DNA of 64,000 bases, from positions 1,200 to 65,199 of the forward strand of contig JBHACT010000040.1 in assembly GCA_041854745.1 (NCBI GenBank), given 5' to 3'. The stretch's first letter is position 1; each line of letters begins with the position of its first letter. Shown piece after piece: positions 43,805 to 54,012 of this stretch. A program made the translations under genes and the position numbers. The notes under the pieces are model-generated. The model was given only the letters and a program-made list of their open reading frames with translations, was not told the DNA's origin and did no database searches. This DNA is from Candidatus Limimorpha sp. Its GTDB lineage: Bacteria; Bacteroidota; Bacteroidia; Bacteroidales; F082.

Positions 43805-45028
43805 ATGGAAAAACTGTTGGACAAGTTCCTGAGATATGTTTCCGTAGAAACCACCTCTGATGAAAACTCCGAATCACAGCCCAGCACCGCCAAACAACTG
43901 AACCTGTTGAAGATGTTGCGTGATGAGCTGCAAACACTTGGCATTCAGGCCGAATTGGATGAATACGGCTATGTGATGGCCTCCATTCCCTCTAACGTGG
44001 ATAGAGAGATTCCGGCCATCGGTTTCATTGCCCATGTTGACACCTCTCCTGATGCTTCAGGTGCCAATATCAAGCCTAAGATTATTCCAAATTATGACGG
44101 TGGCGACATCGTTCTAAACGAGGAAAAGAACATTGTCCTGCGCGTTGCAGAATTTCCTGAAATGCAACAATATAGGGGTCAGACGATGATTACTGCCAAC
44201 GGCACGACCCTTCTCGGCGCCGACGACAAGGCGGGCGTGGCCGAAATCATGTATGCCGCCCAGTATATGATGGAACACCCCGATTTCAAGCACGGCGAAA
44301 TCAAGATTGGATTCACGCCGGATGAGGAAATCGGGCGCGGTGTGGTGAAATTTGATGTGAAGAAATTTGGAGCGAAATATGCCTATACCATGGACGGCGG
44401 TGAAATCGGCGAACTGGAGTATGAAAATTTCAATGCCGCCGCCGCGAAGATCCATATCCAAGGCAGTAACATCCATCCCGGTTACGGCAAGGACAAGATG
44501 GTAAATTCAATGCTTATCGCTATGGAACTCAACGGAATGTTGCCCGTGGAGCAGCGTCCACGCTTCACGCAAGGTTATGAAGGATTTTTCCATCTGACCG
44601 AAATCAGCGGCACGGTGGAGGAGACCAACTTGACATACATTATCCGTGACCACGACCACACCAAGTTTGAGGAGAAGAAGGCCTTGATAGCTGCGGTGGC
44701 CGATTTTTTGAACAAGAAATATGGTGATGTAGTGAATTTGGAGTTGAAACACCAATATTACAACATGCGTCAAAAAGTGGAACCACATTTCTTCATAGTC
44801 GAAAAAGCGATTAAGGCGATGGAAATGGCCAACATCAAGCCGAAAGTGCAGCCCATTCGTGGCGGCACCGACGGCGCCAATCTTTCGTTCATGGGCCTGC
44901 CTTGTCCCAACATTTTCGCTGGCGGTCATAATTTCCACGGTAAGTTGGAATATGTGCCGCTTGAGAGCATGATGAAAGCCTCCGAGGTGATTCTGAATAT
45001 TGTCACTTTGTTTCAAGCAGAGGATTGA
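43805..45028 (+). CDS. pepT: Peptidase T (tripeptide aminopeptidase, M20B)
   Basis: FLRYVSVETTSDE, HVDTSPD, GADDKAG, PDEEIG metal-ligand motifs. Confidence 0.9.
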   Translation: MEKLLDKFLRYVSVETTSDENSESQPSTAKQLNLLKMLRDELQTLGIQAELDEYGYVMASIPSNVDREIPAIGFIAHVDTSPDASGANIKPKIIPNYDGGDIVLNEEKNIVLRVAEFPEMQQYRGQTMITANGTTLLGADDKAGVAEIMYAAQYMMEHPDFKHGEIKIGFTPDEEIGRGVVKFDVKKFGAKYAYTMDGGEIGELEYENFNAAAAKIHIQGSNIHPGYGKDKMVNSMLIAMELNGMLPVEQRPRFTQGYEGFFHLTEISGTVEETNLTYIIRDHDHTKFEEKKALIAAVADFLNKKYGDVVNLELKHQYYNMRQKVEPHFFIVEKAIKAMEMANIKPKVQPIRGGTDGANLSFMGLPCPNIFAGGHNFHGKLEYVPLESMMKASEVILNIVTLFQAED

Positions 45029-45044
45029 TTTATAACAGATTAAT

Positions 45045-46502
45045 ATGAAGTCACTACCTTTAAGCAAACGGCAGAAAAACATCACTTTGGCAACGGTTAT
45101 TTCCCTTGCCGGCGTGTTGTATGCCCTCATTTCTTTGGTCAACCATTATCTTTTCAAGACCTACGCACTCGATTTGGGATTTTACACCCACATCATGTAT
45201 GATTATGCTCATTTCCGTATCGACGACTGTTTTATGTTCAGTTGGGGGCCGCGTAGTGTTTTGAGTGACCACTTCGGCCTATACCTAATGCTCCTGTCGC
45301 CTTTGGTCTATGTGTTTGGGAGTTATACCTTGCTTGTCGTGCAGATTGCAAGTGTCTTGCTTGGCGGATGGGGCATTTATAAATTGATATGCCTCTATAC
45401 AGATGACAACCTGTTGCCTGTTTTAGCGATGGCCACTTTCTTCTTCTCTTTTGGGATTATCCATGCACTCTCTTATGATTACCATTCCAATGTGCTGACA
45501 TCCATGATATTGCCGTGGCTGTTGTATTACTTGAAGCGAGGGCGTTTTGGGCTTGCAGGCTTGTTTGTGGTACTTTTCGTCATCGGGAAAGAGAACATGT
45601 CGTTGTGGCTTTTCTTCATCGCCTTGGGCTTGATGTGGGACTACCGCAAGAACAAGAAGACGCTTTGGTATTTGGTGGGCTATGCGGCTTTTTCTATGGC
45701 TTATTTCTTAATTATCAATATGATAGTAATGCCTGCCTTGGGCAGTTCGGGGGCTGGTTTTTCGCGTTATGCCCATTTGGGCGACAATTATCTTGACATA
45801 GCCAAGAATTTGCTGCTGAATCCGGGAGAAACCTTGCGGCTGCTGTATGCCAACACCAGTGGATCGCCGAGCTTCGATGGGGTGAAAGAAGAGTTCTATC
45901 TTTGTGCCTTGGCCACAGGACTGTTGCTTACATTATTGAAACCCAATTACTTGATTATGCTTGTTCCATTGATAGGGCAAAAAATGTTGGCTGTCGATAC
46001 TAATTTTTGGGGCATTTCTTTCCAATACTCTGTGGAGTTTATGCCCGTTCTCATCATCTCTTCTTTTTTGGTGATTGCCAAGTTGAGGAAGCAAATGTGG
46101 CGGTTGGTCTTGTCGGGTGGCTTGCTTCTATCGGTGCTGCTTACCACTTTTTACACTATCGGTGTGCCCAAGTCGACAGTTTTTCTTGACCAGCTTTGTG
46201 TCTATCAGGGACGGCATTACGAGCAGAAAAAGTTCGATGCGCGCTATGCTCGCGAGCTTATCCGCCAAATTCCCAACGATGCCACGGTATGCGCTGCTTC
46301 AATGTTTGTTCCCCATTTGGCCATGCGAGACTGGATTGAGGATTTCGCATGGACCACCAATACGAGTGCGGAATATGTGCTCATCACAGACCATTATTTC
46401 GGTTTTTCGAGGAAAGGCAAATTAGTATTCGGCAACCGCGATGAGTTTGAGGTGGTTGACACCGATGGCACTGTGTTCCTCTTGAAACGGATTCGGGAGT
46501 AG
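45045..46502 (+). CDS. DUF2079-like polytopic membrane protein (GT-C-like)
   Basis: ALDLGFYTHIMYDY...LSDHFGLYLMLLSP pattern and more than 10 TM helices. Confidence 0.55.
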   Translation: MKSLPLSKRQKNITLATVISLAGVLYALISLVNHYLFKTYALDLGFYTHIMYDYAHFRIDDCFMFSWGPRSVLSDHFGLYLMLLSPLVYVFGSYTLLVVQIASVLLGGWGIYKLICLYTDDNLLPVLAMATFFFSFGIIHALSYDYHSNVLTSMILPWLLYYLKRGRFGLAGLFVVLFVIGKENMSLWLFFIALGLMWDYRKNKKTLWYLVGYAAFSMAYFLIINMIVMPALGSSGAGFSRYAHLGDNYLDIAKNLLLNPGETLRLLYANTSGSPSFDGVKEEFYLCALATGLLLTLLKPNYLIMLVPLIGQKMLAVDTNFWGISFQYSVEFMPVLIISSFLVIAKLRKQMWRLVLSGGLLLSVLLTTFYTIGVPKSTVFLDQLCVYQGRHYEQKKFDARYARELIRQIPNDATVCAASMFVPHLAMRDWIEDFAWTTNTSAEYVLITDHYFGFSRKGKLVFGNRDEFEVVDTDGTVFLLKRIRE

Positions 46503-46504
46503 AT

Positions 46505-47980
46505 TTAAGGGCGCATATAACGGCAGATAAAATAGGGGTTCACTTCTTGGGAGTGTTCTAAACGAAATCCACTGTTTTCCAAGTATTCGTGTAATCCGTT
46601 GATGGGTAATGATTTGTGGTATGCAAATACGATTTCGGAATACGGTGTCAAGTCAGCACTGGGATAGCTGTAGTCGTAATAATAGCCTTGGCCGTGCAGG
46701 TAATTTTGGAAGACATAGTAGTTGGTGGGTTGGCTTTGTGTGAGGAAGATTTCGTGGTTTTCGTCCAAATAATAGGTGAACTGTTTGTCGAAATACTCTG
46801 GCAGGATGACGAGGGCGTTCCTCTTTTCCTTAGCTTCAACCAATTGATTTACAATGGCTTTAATCTCTGGGTGATTTCCGCTGAAATGTTTGGTCGAACT
46901 GTTGGGCGAACAGGAAACGACCATCGCTAAGGCAAAAGCTCCCATGAGAGACAGTCCGAGGACCTTTCTTTTGGGAAGCAAGTATGTGCAATAGGCGGCC
47001 ATGGAAAGATAGAAAACGGGAAAAAGGAAATAGAAATACCTGTCGAGGAAAAAACCGGTGAAGTAGGAGAGGACGAAAGAAACGAGCAAAGGGAATGCCC
47101 AAAGCAGGCTGAGGATGGAGGTGCTACTGAAGGTGTGTTTTTTCTGCAAGATATTGATTATCATCTTGATGAATGTGGCAAACAAAAGAATGATGGCCAA
47201 TACCGTCGTGACGGGGACATTGCACATACGCCAGAGGAAATCGTAAAGGGCTTCGGGGTTTGTGGTCTTCTCAATCCAAGTACCATGTAGGCCAGAGTCA
47301 AAAAAGCGCGTGAACAACACGGGAAACATGGGCGCGAACAAAATGATGAGCGCGGCGGCATGAATCAAGTAAGATTTCCAGATTTTTTCTCTTATCGGTT
47401 TGACAATCAATGCAATGAGAAATTCCATCACGATAATCCAAACAGAAAGGTAGTGGCCGTACATCAACATCAGGTTGACAAGGGTTAACAGAACGAATTT
47501 GAAGCGTTTAGGCTCATTGATGGCACTGATGAACAGCCAAACCGAACTCGCCGTGCAAAACCCGATAAGGCTATAAACGCGGCATTCGTGGGCCATATAG
47601 ATGGAAAATGTTGAGAAACAATAATACAGGGCGGCTGCCAGACCTGCGAACCGATGGATATGCCTTTCTCCGAGAAAATACAGTGGGATGATGGTTAATG
47701 CGCTGAAAATAAGGGATAATGAGCGGATGGCAACTTCAGAGATACCAAAAATCTTGGTCCAAAAATGTAGCAGCAGCTCCCAAAGTGGTGGATTGTCGCC
47801 TTTGCAAAGCAGGCGCACGATGTCGGGTAGGCTTTGCAGCGACATGTAAAGGGAGAAACTTTCGTCGCCGCCAAGGTCAGTCTTGCCCACGAACAGCACC
47901 CGAAGCACGGTGGCTACGACAAGCAACAGCAGGCATTCTATGAGGGCTTGGCGGCGACTGGGTGTTTGTAGTGCGTTCAT
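46505..47980 (-). CDS. GT-C fold (ArnT/PMT_2-like) membrane glycosyltransferase
   Basis: More than 10 TM helices; first-loop acidic motif LGGDESFSLY; soluble C-terminal domain; ATGA overlap with upstream gene. Confidence 0.65.
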   Translation of the reverse strand: MNALQTPSRRQALIECLLLLVVATVLRVLFVGKTDLGGDESFSLYMSLQSLPDIVRLLCKGDNPPLWELLLHFWTKIFGISEVAIRSLSLIFSALTIIPLYFLGERHIHRFAGLAAALYYCFSTFSIYMAHECRVYSLIGFCTASSVWLFISAINEPKRFKFVLLTLVNLMLMYGHYLSVWIIVMEFLIALIVKPIREKIWKSYLIHAAALIILFAPMFPVLFTRFFDSGLHGTWIEKTTNPEALYDFLWRMCNVPVTTVLAIILLFATFIKMIINILQKKHTFSSTSILSLLWAFPLLVSFVLSYFTGFFLDRYFYFLFPVFYLSMAAYCTYLLPKRKVLGLSLMGAFALAMVVSCSPNSSTKHFSGNHPEIKAIVNQLVEAKEKRNALVILPEYFDKQFTYYLDENHEIFLTQSQPTNYYVFQNYLHGQGYYYDYSYPSADLTPYSEIVFAYHKSLPINGLHEYLENSGFRLEHSQEVNPYFICRYMRP

Positions 47981-49596
47981 GGCTCGGTGGTGCTTTGTTT
48001 GGCGGCTTTACGCTCGGAGATTAATTCGGAGATGTTGGGTTGCATGTAAATCAAGCCTTTGCAAGCGTAAACAAAGAAGTTTTTGGCAGGTTTGCCGCCA
48101 CGCTCGATGGTGATGGTGTCGATAAGTTCAATGGTCTCGAAGCCGCTTGGATAAAGGACCTCAGGGTTTTTCAGATAGCGGCTGTCGGTCAGAAACCAGA
48201 AGTCCTCGCCTTTTTTGAAGCCACCTCGTTCCTCATTGATCCATAGGTATTTATGCAGATTGTGCGGCCATCCCAAGCCCATCACTTTCATGTTCAATGG
48301 GCGTGCCACATAGTAGTCCAAATTGGCTAAAGGAAACCATTCATCGGCTACAATGCCCGCTTCCGCTTTCATCATTCCCTCAGCGATTTTCTGTTCGCGC
48401 AAGGCGGCAAATTTGGTCTCCAATTGTTTCCAACCATACATGTCGAGAGTGAAATCATTGCGCCCCAGCATTTCAGGCTCAGTATGTCGGTCAAGAGGGA
48501 TGAATCCCGTCTGGATTTCCACACTGCCCGCCACGACAACAAAAAGCATGACGCTTATCGCAGCAATAATGCTTTTGGGAAGTCTAAACATACCTTTTTG
48601 GTTCGGTTTTTTGTCTCTTAACATACAGGCTGCCAAGATGATAAGTAGATTGTAAGCAGGCGCGTTCCAGTGCGGCAAGGTGGGGCGTGTCAATGAAATG
48701 GCCAAGAAAGCCAAAATTAAAGGAAGAGCGGAGCAAAGCACAAGGCGCTGTGTGGTTTTTCCTATGCTAAGGCTTCCCTTGAATGCGGCAACGACCGCCA
48801 CGATTGCCAAGACAAAATTCACGGGGTTGTTGTATAGAAACTCTCCTGCCAACTCCGTCCCGAAGGCACTGAGATTGAGGGTTCCGCCGCCCACTCGCTC
48901 GCCATGAAAACTGAAACTGATGAAGTCGTATTGCAGGTTCCATTTCAGGATGGGCAAAACGGCGACGAAGGAAATGAGCAAGGCACAATAGAAAGCCCAA
49001 GTTTTGAGCGGCCTGCGGTCGAAAATCAGGATGTAGAGCATCATCCCGACCCAAAGGAAAACGCCAGAGTATTTGGAAAGCATGGCCAAGCCTGCAAACA
49101 CACCGAATAAGACCAAATAGGAGACCGAATGCTGTTGGGTTGGTAGCCGCTTGAAATAGAGGATGGCCATCCAAAACGCTAGCAGCCAAAACAACATCAG
49201 CGGTGTGTCGGGCATGATGAAGATGCCCGTGATGACGAAGGCATAAATCGAAGCAGTGTAGAGCAATGCGGCGTATAAACCTGTCTGAGCGTCTTTTATC
49301 TCTTTCCCAATGCGGTATATAATATAGGTGTTGGCAGTCATAAAGACAACCGAAGCCAAACGGATGAATAATTCGCTATCAAACAATAAGTTAAGGCTGA
49401 ATAGTTGAATCACCCAACCCACCATAGGCGGATGGTCGAAGTGGCTCCAGTCGGGGTAGAGAGCATAAGTCCAGTAATAGACCTCATCGTTTCCGAACTC
49501 CATCCAAGCGGCCAAAGCACCTCGCACGAGGGCACTGATGGCTAAAAGCCAAACCATCGTCCGTTTGATATTCAGTTCTTTGGTTTGCATACTCAT
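47977..49596 (-). CDS. GT39/ArnT-like membrane glycosyltransferase
   Basis: FGNDEVYYWTYA...FDHPPMVGW signature; ATG 49596 gives an ATGA overlap with the upstream gene. Confidence 0.75.
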   Translation of the reverse strand: MSMQTKELNIKRTMVWLLAISALVRGALAAWMEFGNDEVYYWTYALYPDWSHFDHPPMVGWVIQLFSLNLLFDSELFIRLASVVFMTANTYIIYRIGKEIKDAQTGLYAALLYTASIYAFVITGIFIMPDTPLMLFWLLAFWMAILYFKRLPTQQHSVSYLVLFGVFAGLAMLSKYSGVFLWVGMMLYILIFDRRPLKTWAFYCALLISFVAVLPILKWNLQYDFISFSFHGERVGGGTLNLSAFGTELAGEFLYNNPVNFVLAIVAVVAAFKGSLSIGKTTQRLVLCSALPLILAFLAISLTRPTLPHWNAPAYNLLIILAACMLRDKKPNQKGMFRLPKSIIAAISVMLFVVVAGSVEIQTGFIPLDRHTEPEMLGRNDFTLDMYGWKQLETKFAALREQKIAEGMMKAEAGIVADEWFPLANLDYYVARPLNMKVMGLGWPHNLHKYLWINEERGGFKKGEDFWFLTDSRYLKNPEVLYPSGFETIELIDTITIERGGKPAKNFFVYACKGLIYMQPNISELISERKAAKQSTTEP

Positions 49597-50822
49597 TCGG
49601 CTCGTTTTTCTTTCATTTTCTTGATGAGGTACCAGATAAGGGCCGCGAAAGCCACGACATAAACCATCCAATAGAGGCCGGTTTGCGCGTAGTTGATACT
49701 GTCTAAACGGCGGTCCTCCACGCTGGAAGAGGGATGACGGGTAACGGGATTCAAATAAAGGAAATTTCGTCCGTTGATGTTGATTCGTGTCCGCACATAG
49801 TGGTCGTCTGGCTGTATAACATAATAGGCCGTTCCAACGCCTTCCTCGGTTTTCAGCACCTTGCCGCCTTGACCGATGAACTGGACTTGGTTCATGGTCT
49901 CTGCTGAGGTCTCAATAAATAAGGTATCGCCGACCAACTGCGCTTGGGTCAGATAGTCAAGGGCTTGGACTTCCTTTGCTTTTTGTTCGAGTGTGAGGGG
50001 GAAATAGTAGTAGTTGTCGAACTCCACGGCGTAGCACAAGCCTTTGTCTAAAGCATGGTAGATATGTTTTGGAGTAAGGTCGGGCGTGTTGACCATAGTC
50101 AGGTTGCGGCACACCTCGTGCACATTGGTGATGTTGTGCGTGTCGTCGTCGCCGAGGGCATACACGCGATGTCCATTGGAAAGGGCCATGTCCCAGTGTT
50201 CCATTGCGTTGCCATAGGGGTTGAGTACCTCAAGAAGGCGGTAGTTGCTCAACAATTGCATGTCGCTTACCTTATAGCCTTTCGTAAACGACGCATGGGC
50301 AGGCATGACAAAACGGCTCCTTTCGCCCAACTTGTTGATCATGTGCTGCTTCATGTTGAGGTTCTGAAAGAAAGGGAAGTCGGGCCAATACACCGACTCG
50401 GCTCCAATGCAGATTTGGTGCGTCTTGCGGATGAGACCGTAACCGTGTTCGTATGCAGGGATATAGTCTTCTCTGTCGGCCCCATGCGGGTTGATACTCA
50501 TGTAGTCCGAAATGCCGTAATGGTCGTAGCCCAAGGCCCGATACACGCTGTCAATGTCCCTTTCCTTGCTCTTTCGCCCGTTGGTCAAACCGGAATATTT
50601 ACGCGAATGGCAATGGAAATGGTACTTCTTCCATTGGTCGGGCTTCATGTCCTGATAGGGGTTGTAAAGGTATTCGCCGCTGAAGGGTTTCGGCTCTTTG
50701 AAACTATAGGTGGGCACGGAGAGATATACATACAATATCAGCAGCAGCAAAGCAAAGCCTATGCCCGCCATCACCCTGACAATATATAGCCAAAAGCCTT
50801 TTTTATGATTCTTGTTTTGCAT
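49593..50822 (-). CDS. Membrane-anchored PHP-like metal-dependent phosphoesterase
   Basis: N- and C-terminal TM helices; ordered His/Asp/Glu motifs YHFHCHS, GISDYMSINPHG, AYEHGYG, VMPAHAS, GDDDTHN resemble the PHP motif series. Confidence 0.55.
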   Translation of the reverse strand: MQNKNHKKGFWLYIVRVMAGIGFALLLLILYVYLSVPTYSFKEPKPFSGEYLYNPYQDMKPDQWKKYHFHCHSRKYSGLTNGRKSKERDIDSVYRALGYDHYGISDYMSINPHGADREDYIPAYEHGYGLIRKTHQICIGAESVYWPDFPFFQNLNMKQHMINKLGERSRFVMPAHASFTKGYKVSDMQLLSNYRLLEVLNPYGNAMEHWDMALSNGHRVYALGDDDTHNITNVHEVCRNLTMVNTPDLTPKHIYHALDKGLCYAVEFDNYYYFPLTLEQKAKEVQALDYLTQAQLVGDTLFIETSAETMNQVQFIGQGGKVLKTEEGVGTAYYVIQPDDHYVRTRININGRNFLYLNPVTRHPSSSVEDRRLDSINYAQTGLYWMVYVVAFAALIWYLIKKMKEKRAE

Positions 50823-50844
50823 TCGAGAGGTCGTTATCGGCCTG

Positions 50845-50852
50845 CAAAATTA
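50845..50852 (-). promoter_or_regulatory. Bacteroidota -7 promoter box (TAnnTTTG)
   Basis: TAATTTTG on minus strand, 22 nt before ATG 50822. Confidence 0.55.
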
Positions 50853-50925
50853 ATGGAAAAAAATGGAAAGCCAAAAAAGATGGTTGTTTTTTGTTGAAGA
50901 ACGTCTTTCAGAAAATATAAAATCG

Positions 50926-50933
50926 TAAATTTG
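50926..50933 (+). promoter_or_regulatory. Bacteroidota -7 promoter box (TAnnTTTG)
   Basis: TAAATTTG, 35 nt before sufB ATG. Confidence 0.55.
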
Positions 50934-50968
50934 CAGCCTAATTTGAAATCATTCTTAATAAGAAAAAA

Positions 50969-52420
50969 ATGGAGTCAGATCCGAAAGACAATATCATCAG
51001 CGAAGTCACAAGCAAAGAATATGAATATGGATTTGTGACCGACATCGAGACCGATTTCGCGCCAAAAGGCCTGAACGAAGACATCGTCCGCCTAATCTCC
51101 AAGAAGAAGGAAGAGCCGGAATGGCTATTGGAATTTCGCTTGGAGGCCTTCCGCCATTGGCAGACCTTGAAACAGCCCAATTGGGCGCATCTCGACATTC
51201 CCGAAATCAACTATCAGGACATCATATATTATGCCGCACCACGCAAACGGCAGCAGAAGCAGAGTCTCGATGAGGTGGATCCTGAGTTGTTGGCAACCTT
51301 CGACAAACTCGGCATCTCCTTAGACGAGCAAAAGAAACTCTCAGGCGTGGCCGTTGACGCGGTAATGGACTCGACCTCAGTGAAGACGACCTTCCAAGAC
51401 ACGCTCTCCAAACACGGTGTCATCTTCATGTCGTTCAGCGAGGCCGTCAAACAGCACCCCGACCTTGTCAGGAAATACCTCGGCAAGGTGGTGCCTTATA
51501 CGGACAATTTCTTTGCCGCGCTCAATTCGGCGGTGTTTAGCGACGGCTCGTTCTGCTACATCCCGAAAGGTGTGCGCTGTCCCTTGGAACTATCCACTTA
51601 TTTCCGCATCAATGCTGCCAATACAGGCCAGTTTGAGCGCACCCTCATCGTGGCTGATGAAGGCGCGTATGTGAGTTACATGGAAGGCTGCACAGCGCCG
51701 CAACGCGATGAAAACCAGCTTCATGCCGCTATCGTGGAAATCATTGCCGAGACTGCTGCCGAGGTGAAATATTCTACTGTTCAGAACTGGTATCCGGGTG
51801 ATAAGGAAGGCCGTGGCGGCGTGTATAACCTCGTCACCAAGCGTGGGCTTTGTCGTGGCGACCGCTCCAAAATCTCATGGACACAGGTCGAGACGGGATC
51901 GGCTATTACGTGGAAATACCCAAGTTGTGTGCTGATGGGCGACAATTCGGTGGGTGAGTTCTATTCCGTTGCCGTAACCAACAACTACCAGCAAGCCGAC
52001 ACGGGTACCAAGATGATTCATTTGGGCAAGAACACCCGTAGCACCATCATCTCGAAAGGCATCTCCGCAGGTCACAGCCAAAACGGCTACCGTGGCTTGG
52101 TGAAAGTTGTCCCAAGAGCCGAAAATGCACGCAACTACTCGCAGTGCGACTCGCTGCTGCTCGGCGACCAATGCGGCGCGCACACTTGGCCTTATGTGGA
52201 ATGCGGCAACGAGTCGAGCATCCTCGAACACGAGGCTACAACCTCGAAAATCTCAGAGGATCAACTGTTCTACTGTCAGCAGCGCGGCATCCCAACGGAA
52301 AAAGCCATCGGATTGATTGTCAATGGCTACGCCAAGGATGTGCTGAACAAACTGCCCATGGAATTTGCTGTTGAAGCACAGAAACTGCTGTCAATAACTT
52401 TGGAAGGTAGTGTAGGCTAA
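50969..52420 (+). CDS. sufB: Fe-S cluster assembly protein SufB
   Basis: Full-length SufB pattern (...YMEGCTAP...GAHTWPYVE...). Confidence 0.92.
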   Translation: MESDPKDNIISEVTSKEYEYGFVTDIETDFAPKGLNEDIVRLISKKKEEPEWLLEFRLEAFRHWQTLKQPNWAHLDIPEINYQDIIYYAAPRKRQQKQSLDEVDPELLATFDKLGISLDEQKKLSGVAVDAVMDSTSVKTTFQDTLSKHGVIFMSFSEAVKQHPDLVRKYLGKVVPYTDNFFAALNSAVFSDGSFCYIPKGVRCPLELSTYFRINAANTGQFERTLIVADEGAYVSYMEGCTAPQRDENQLHAAIVEIIAETAAEVKYSTVQNWYPGDKEGRGGVYNLVTKRGLCRGDRSKISWTQVETGSAITWKYPSCVLMGDNSVGEFYSVAVTNNYQQADTGTKMIHLGKNTRSTIISKGISAGHSQNGYRGLVKVVPRAENARNYSQCDSLLLGDQCGAHTWPYVECGNESSILEHEATTSKISEDQLFYCQQRGIPTEKAIGLIVNGYAKDVLNKLPMEFAVEAQKLLSITLEGSVG

Positions 52421-52421
52421 A

Positions 52422-53375
52422 ATGGAAATATTTGCTGAAATATTATATGGTGATTGTGCGGAACAATTAAAGTATCTGCCTGATAACTCAGTGGATTTGA
52501 TTGTTACATCACCGCCGTATGCCGATCAGCGAAAGAATACTTACGGTGGAGTTTCTGTAAATCACTATGTGGAATGGTTCCTTCCTATTACAAAGGAATT
52601 GTTGCGAGTATTGAAACCCACTGGAACATTTATCTTAAACATCAAGGAAAAAGTTCAAAACGGAGAAAGAAGCACGTATGTTCTGGAACTTATTCTTGAA
52701 ATGAGAAAGCAGGGATGGCTATGGACGGAAGAGTTCATTTGGCATAAGAAAAACTGCTATCCTGGAAAGTGGCCCAACCGTTTCCGTGATGCATGGGAAA
52801 GACTTTTGCAGTTCAATAAGAGCAAGAAATTCAACATGTATCAGGATTCTGTAATGGTACCTACGGGAGATTGGGCTAAAACAAGGCTTAAAAAACTAAG
52901 CGAAATAGATAAGATGCGTGATAATTCCAAAGTTGGAAGTGGATTTGGCAAGAATATTTCTAACTGGGAAGGGAGAGATAAGGCTTATCCTACCAATGTT
53001 CTACATCTTGCAACAGAATGCAGTAACAAGAATCACAGTGCGGCTTTTCCTGAATCATTGCCAGAGTGGTTCATCAAATTGTTTACGAAAGAAGGCGACA
53101 CTGTTTTGGATCCTTTTATGGGCAGTGGAACAACAAATTATGTCGCTCAGCGAATGCATAGGAATAGTATTGGAATAGAGATTAAATCAGAATATTATCA
53201 ACAAGTTAAGGAACAGTTGCAGTCATGTGGCTTACTGCTTTTTGAACAACCTCAACCTTATGGAAAAGAATCTAATAATTCAGGTGAAGAACTATGTGGA
53301 ACAGAATATAGATCAGTTCCACCAGAACCGTATAAAAAAAGTAGAAAACTTAAAACTAAAGACCATACTAAGTAA
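52422..53375 (+). CDS. Beta-class amino DNA methyltransferase (SPPY, probably N4-cytosine)
   Basis: Motif IV DLIVTSPPY near the N-terminus, HSAAFPESLP, motif I VLDPFMGSGTT near the C-terminus (IV-before-I order = beta class); AT-rich. Confidence 0.85.
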   Translation: MEIFAEILYGDCAEQLKYLPDNSVDLIVTSPPYADQRKNTYGGVSVNHYVEWFLPITKELLRVLKPTGTFILNIKEKVQNGERSTYVLELILEMRKQGWLWTEEFIWHKKNCYPGKWPNRFRDAWERLLQFNKSKKFNMYQDSVMVPTGDWAKTRLKKLSEIDKMRDNSKVGSGFGKNISNWEGRDKAYPTNVLHLATECSNKNHSAAFPESLPEWFIKLFTKEGDTVLDPFMGSGTTNYVAQRMHRNSIGIEIKSEYYQQVKEQLQSCGLLLFEQPQPYGKESNNSGEELCGTEYRSVPPEPYKKSRKLKTKDHTK

Positions 53376-54009
53376 AAAGAATCCATATCTGTTCAAAGCG
53401 AAGTATAATGTGACAGCCTATGATATATTGAAGTCATTGGCCGATGCTTTTCTGTCTTCCGCCGAAGAAACTGTTTTTGGTGACTGGATGGAAGGCTTGG
53501 CTATATTTGTCAATCAACAGGTTTATGGTGGTTGGAAGTCTTCCGCAAAGGGCGTTGATTTAGAGTTTGATAAGGAAGGTGTCCGTTATATTGTTTCAAT
53601 AAAATCAGGGCCAAATTGGGGAAATAGCAGTCAGGTCAATAAACTCAAGGAAGATTTTAAGTCTGCAAAAAGGACTTTACGAACAAGTAAATCAAATCTG
53701 ACCATTGAAGCCATAAACGGTTGTTGTTACGGTAAAGACAATAACCCGGATAAAGGTGATTATATAAAGTATTGTGGTCAGGATTTTTGGTATTTCATTT
53801 CAGGAGAAAAATCGCTTTATGTTGACATTATTGAACCATTGGCGACAAAAGCGAAAGAAAGAAATGAGGAATTCCAAAAGCGTTATGCTCAAATGATCAA
53901 TGTTTTCACCAAGGAGTTTATTGATGAGTTTTGTAAGGAAAATGGTGAAATAGATTGGGAAAAACTGGTAAAGTATAATTCGGGAAGTGTTTCATTAGAA
54001 AAGCAATAA
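53260..54009 (+). CDS. Type II restriction endonuclease-like protein (PD-(D/E)XK; reminiscent of Eco47II-type enzymes)
   Basis: KKNPYLFKAK, SSAEETVFGDWMEGLA, GVDLEF...YIVSIKSGPNWGNSSQ; follows and overlaps the methyltransferase; start 53260 (ATG) or 53227 (GTG). Confidence 0.6.
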   Translation: MEKNLIIQVKNYVEQNIDQFHQNRIKKVENLKLKTILSKKNPYLFKAKYNVTAYDILKSLADAFLSSAEETVFGDWMEGLAIFVNQQVYGGWKSSAKGVDLEFDKEGVRYIVSIKSGPNWGNSSQVNKLKEDFKSAKRTLRTSKSNLTIEAINGCCYGKDNNPDKGDYIKYCGQDFWYFISGEKSLYVDIIEPLATKAKERNEEFQKRYAQMINVFTKEFIDEFCKENGEIDWEKLVKYNSGSVSLEKQ

Positions 54010-54012
54010 TAA

